A DNA stretch of 52,295 nucleotides from Actinobacteria bacterium BACL4 MAG-120820-bin23 (GTDB taxonomy: Bacteria > Actinomycetota > Actinomycetes > Nanopelagicales > Nanopelagicaceae): contig LIBD01000001.1 of the NCBI GenBank assembly GCA_001437855.1, forward strand, positions 1 through 52,295. The letters run 5' to 3'. The stretch's first letter is position 1; every line of letters begins with the position of its first letter. Positions 50,893 to 52,295 of the stretch are shown one piece after another. A program made the position numbers and the translations under genes. The notes below the pieces were generated by a model. It ran no database searches. It saw only the letters and a list, made by a program, of their open reading frames with translations, and had not been told where the DNA came from.

Positions 50893-52295
50893 GTTTATTA
50901 ACCCTAGTTGGCATCTCTCCTTTAATCGGAGCACTTATTGTCCTATTAATTCCGGCCAAGAAAAGCGAATTAATTAAGCGCACTGCATTTATTATTACTC
51001 TCCTAATTGCTCTATTTTCTATTTTATTAGCAGTTAGATTTGATAGAGAAAGTACTGAATTTCAATTTATTCAAAGTAACTCTTGGATTTCAGCATTTAA
51101 TGTAAATTTTGCCGTTGGAGTAGATGGTATCTCGCTGGTCTTAATTCTTCTATCTACTATTTTAGTTCCTATTGTAATTTTAGCTACTTGGCATGAATCT
51201 GATACTGGTCGATGGAATACAAAAATATTCTATGTTTTAATATTAGTTTTAGAAACACTCATGATAGGTGTTTTTGCAGCCACAGATCTATTTTTGTTTT
51301 ATGTGTTTTTTGAAGCGATGCTAATTCCAATTTACTTTTTGATCGGTGGTTACGGTACAGGTAACAAATCAGCAGCAGCTGTTAAATTTTTACTATACAG
51401 CTTATTTGGCGGCCTTCTAATGTTGGCTTCAATTATTGGAATTTATGTGATTTCAGGGAACCAAATTGGTGCAACTTTTGACTTAGCTAAATTGGCAACT
51501 TTACAAATTGATAATCAAACGGAGTACCTTCCTATTTCTTGGATTCTTCATTGCATTTGCAATAAAAGCTCCACTGTGGCCATTTCATACCTGGCTTCCA
51601 GATGCCGCAAAGTCAGCTACCCCTGGCACATCAGTTCTCTTACTAGGAGTGCTCGATAAAGTAGGAACTTATGGAATGATCCGATTTTGTATTCAATTAT
51701 TCCCAGATGCTACAAAAACATTTACACCATTAATTATTACATTGGCAGTTATTTCAATTATTTACGGTGCATTTATGGCAATCGGCCAGAGAGATATAAA
51801 AGGTTTAATTGCATTTACTTCTATCTCCCACTTTGGGTTTATTACGATGGGAATTTTTGCAATGACCTCTCAAGGCATGTCTGGTGCCACCCTTTATATG
51901 ATCAATCACGGATTTTCTACAGCTGCACTGTTTTTAATTGCTGGTTGGATGATTTGGCGAAGAGGATCTTCTACAATTTCAGATTTTGGCGGACTCCAAA
52001 GAGTCACACCAGTAATGGCATGGACATTCTTTATCGCTGGAATGTCTAGCTTGGCCTTGCCAGGACTGTCTAGTTTTGTTAGTGAATTTTTAGTTCTAGT
52101 CGGAACCTATACGCGCTATCCGGTTGCAGCAGTGATTGGCACTTTAGGAATAGTTCTAGCAGCACTTTATATATTAATTCCAGTTCAAAAAGCTTTACAT
52201 GGTCCAATTGTTAGTGGAAACGAAAATCTTAAAGATCTGAACATAAGAGAAAAAGTTGCAATATCACCATTAATATTAGTAATTGTTCTAATGGG
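50889..52295 (+). CDS. nuoM: NADH-quinone oxidoreductase subunit M, interrupted by a +1 frameshift near 51528-51532 and 3'-truncated by the window
   Basis: First frame carries VDGISL, FYVFFEAMLIP, AAVKF. From 51532 the +1 frame reads LFLGFFIAFAIKAPLWPFHTWLPDAA...LDKVGTYG...SISHFGF...NHG...LALPGLSSFVSEF and stays open to the end. Confidence 0.92.

Noticed and set aside
51687-52049. 120-aa ORF on the + strand
   Set aside because: Out-of-frame artefact inside the post-frameshift half of nuoM.
1-52295. tRNA, rRNA, CRISPR array or IS elements
   Set aside because: No intergenic gap exceeds about 140 nt, and no cloverleaf, repeat-spacer pattern or transposase was seen.

Overview
AT-rich, very densely packed (streamlined) actinobacterial chromosome segment. 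Protein sequences are actinobacterial while base composition is AT-rich, which best fits a freshwater acI / Ca. Nanopelagicales genome (inference, no database search run). The window is almost all core genome, in this order: (1) tilS(partial)-hpt-ftsH-folEPBK; (2) panC-nadB-nadC-coaX; (3) lysS-argA-clpC; (4) radA and a Cys-rich conserved protein; (5) proC, a secreted repeat protein, the tiny bS22 gene missed by the ORF track, and a secreted zincin-FN3-repeat protein; (6) a glutaredoxin and a HAD / WYL-helicase-associated / M20 peptidase / XPB run; (7) cytochrome c maturation system II; (8) menA,E,B,C,D,F,G; (9) nuoA-M, with nuoM broken by a +1 frameshift and running off the end. I saw no tRNA, rRNA, CRISPR array, IS or prophage. 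The best candidate for an undescribed element is a GC-rich hairpin with two bulged A residues that covers the ribosome-binding site of the panC-nadB-nadC-coaX operon and resembles the pan RNA motif. Also notable: a 75-nt hairpin in the clpC leader, repeated TANNNT-N6-ATG leaderless promoters, absence of the hem genes from their usual position while cytochrome c maturation is kept, a carboxypeptidase G2-like gene inside the XPB module, and two unexplained secreted proteins.
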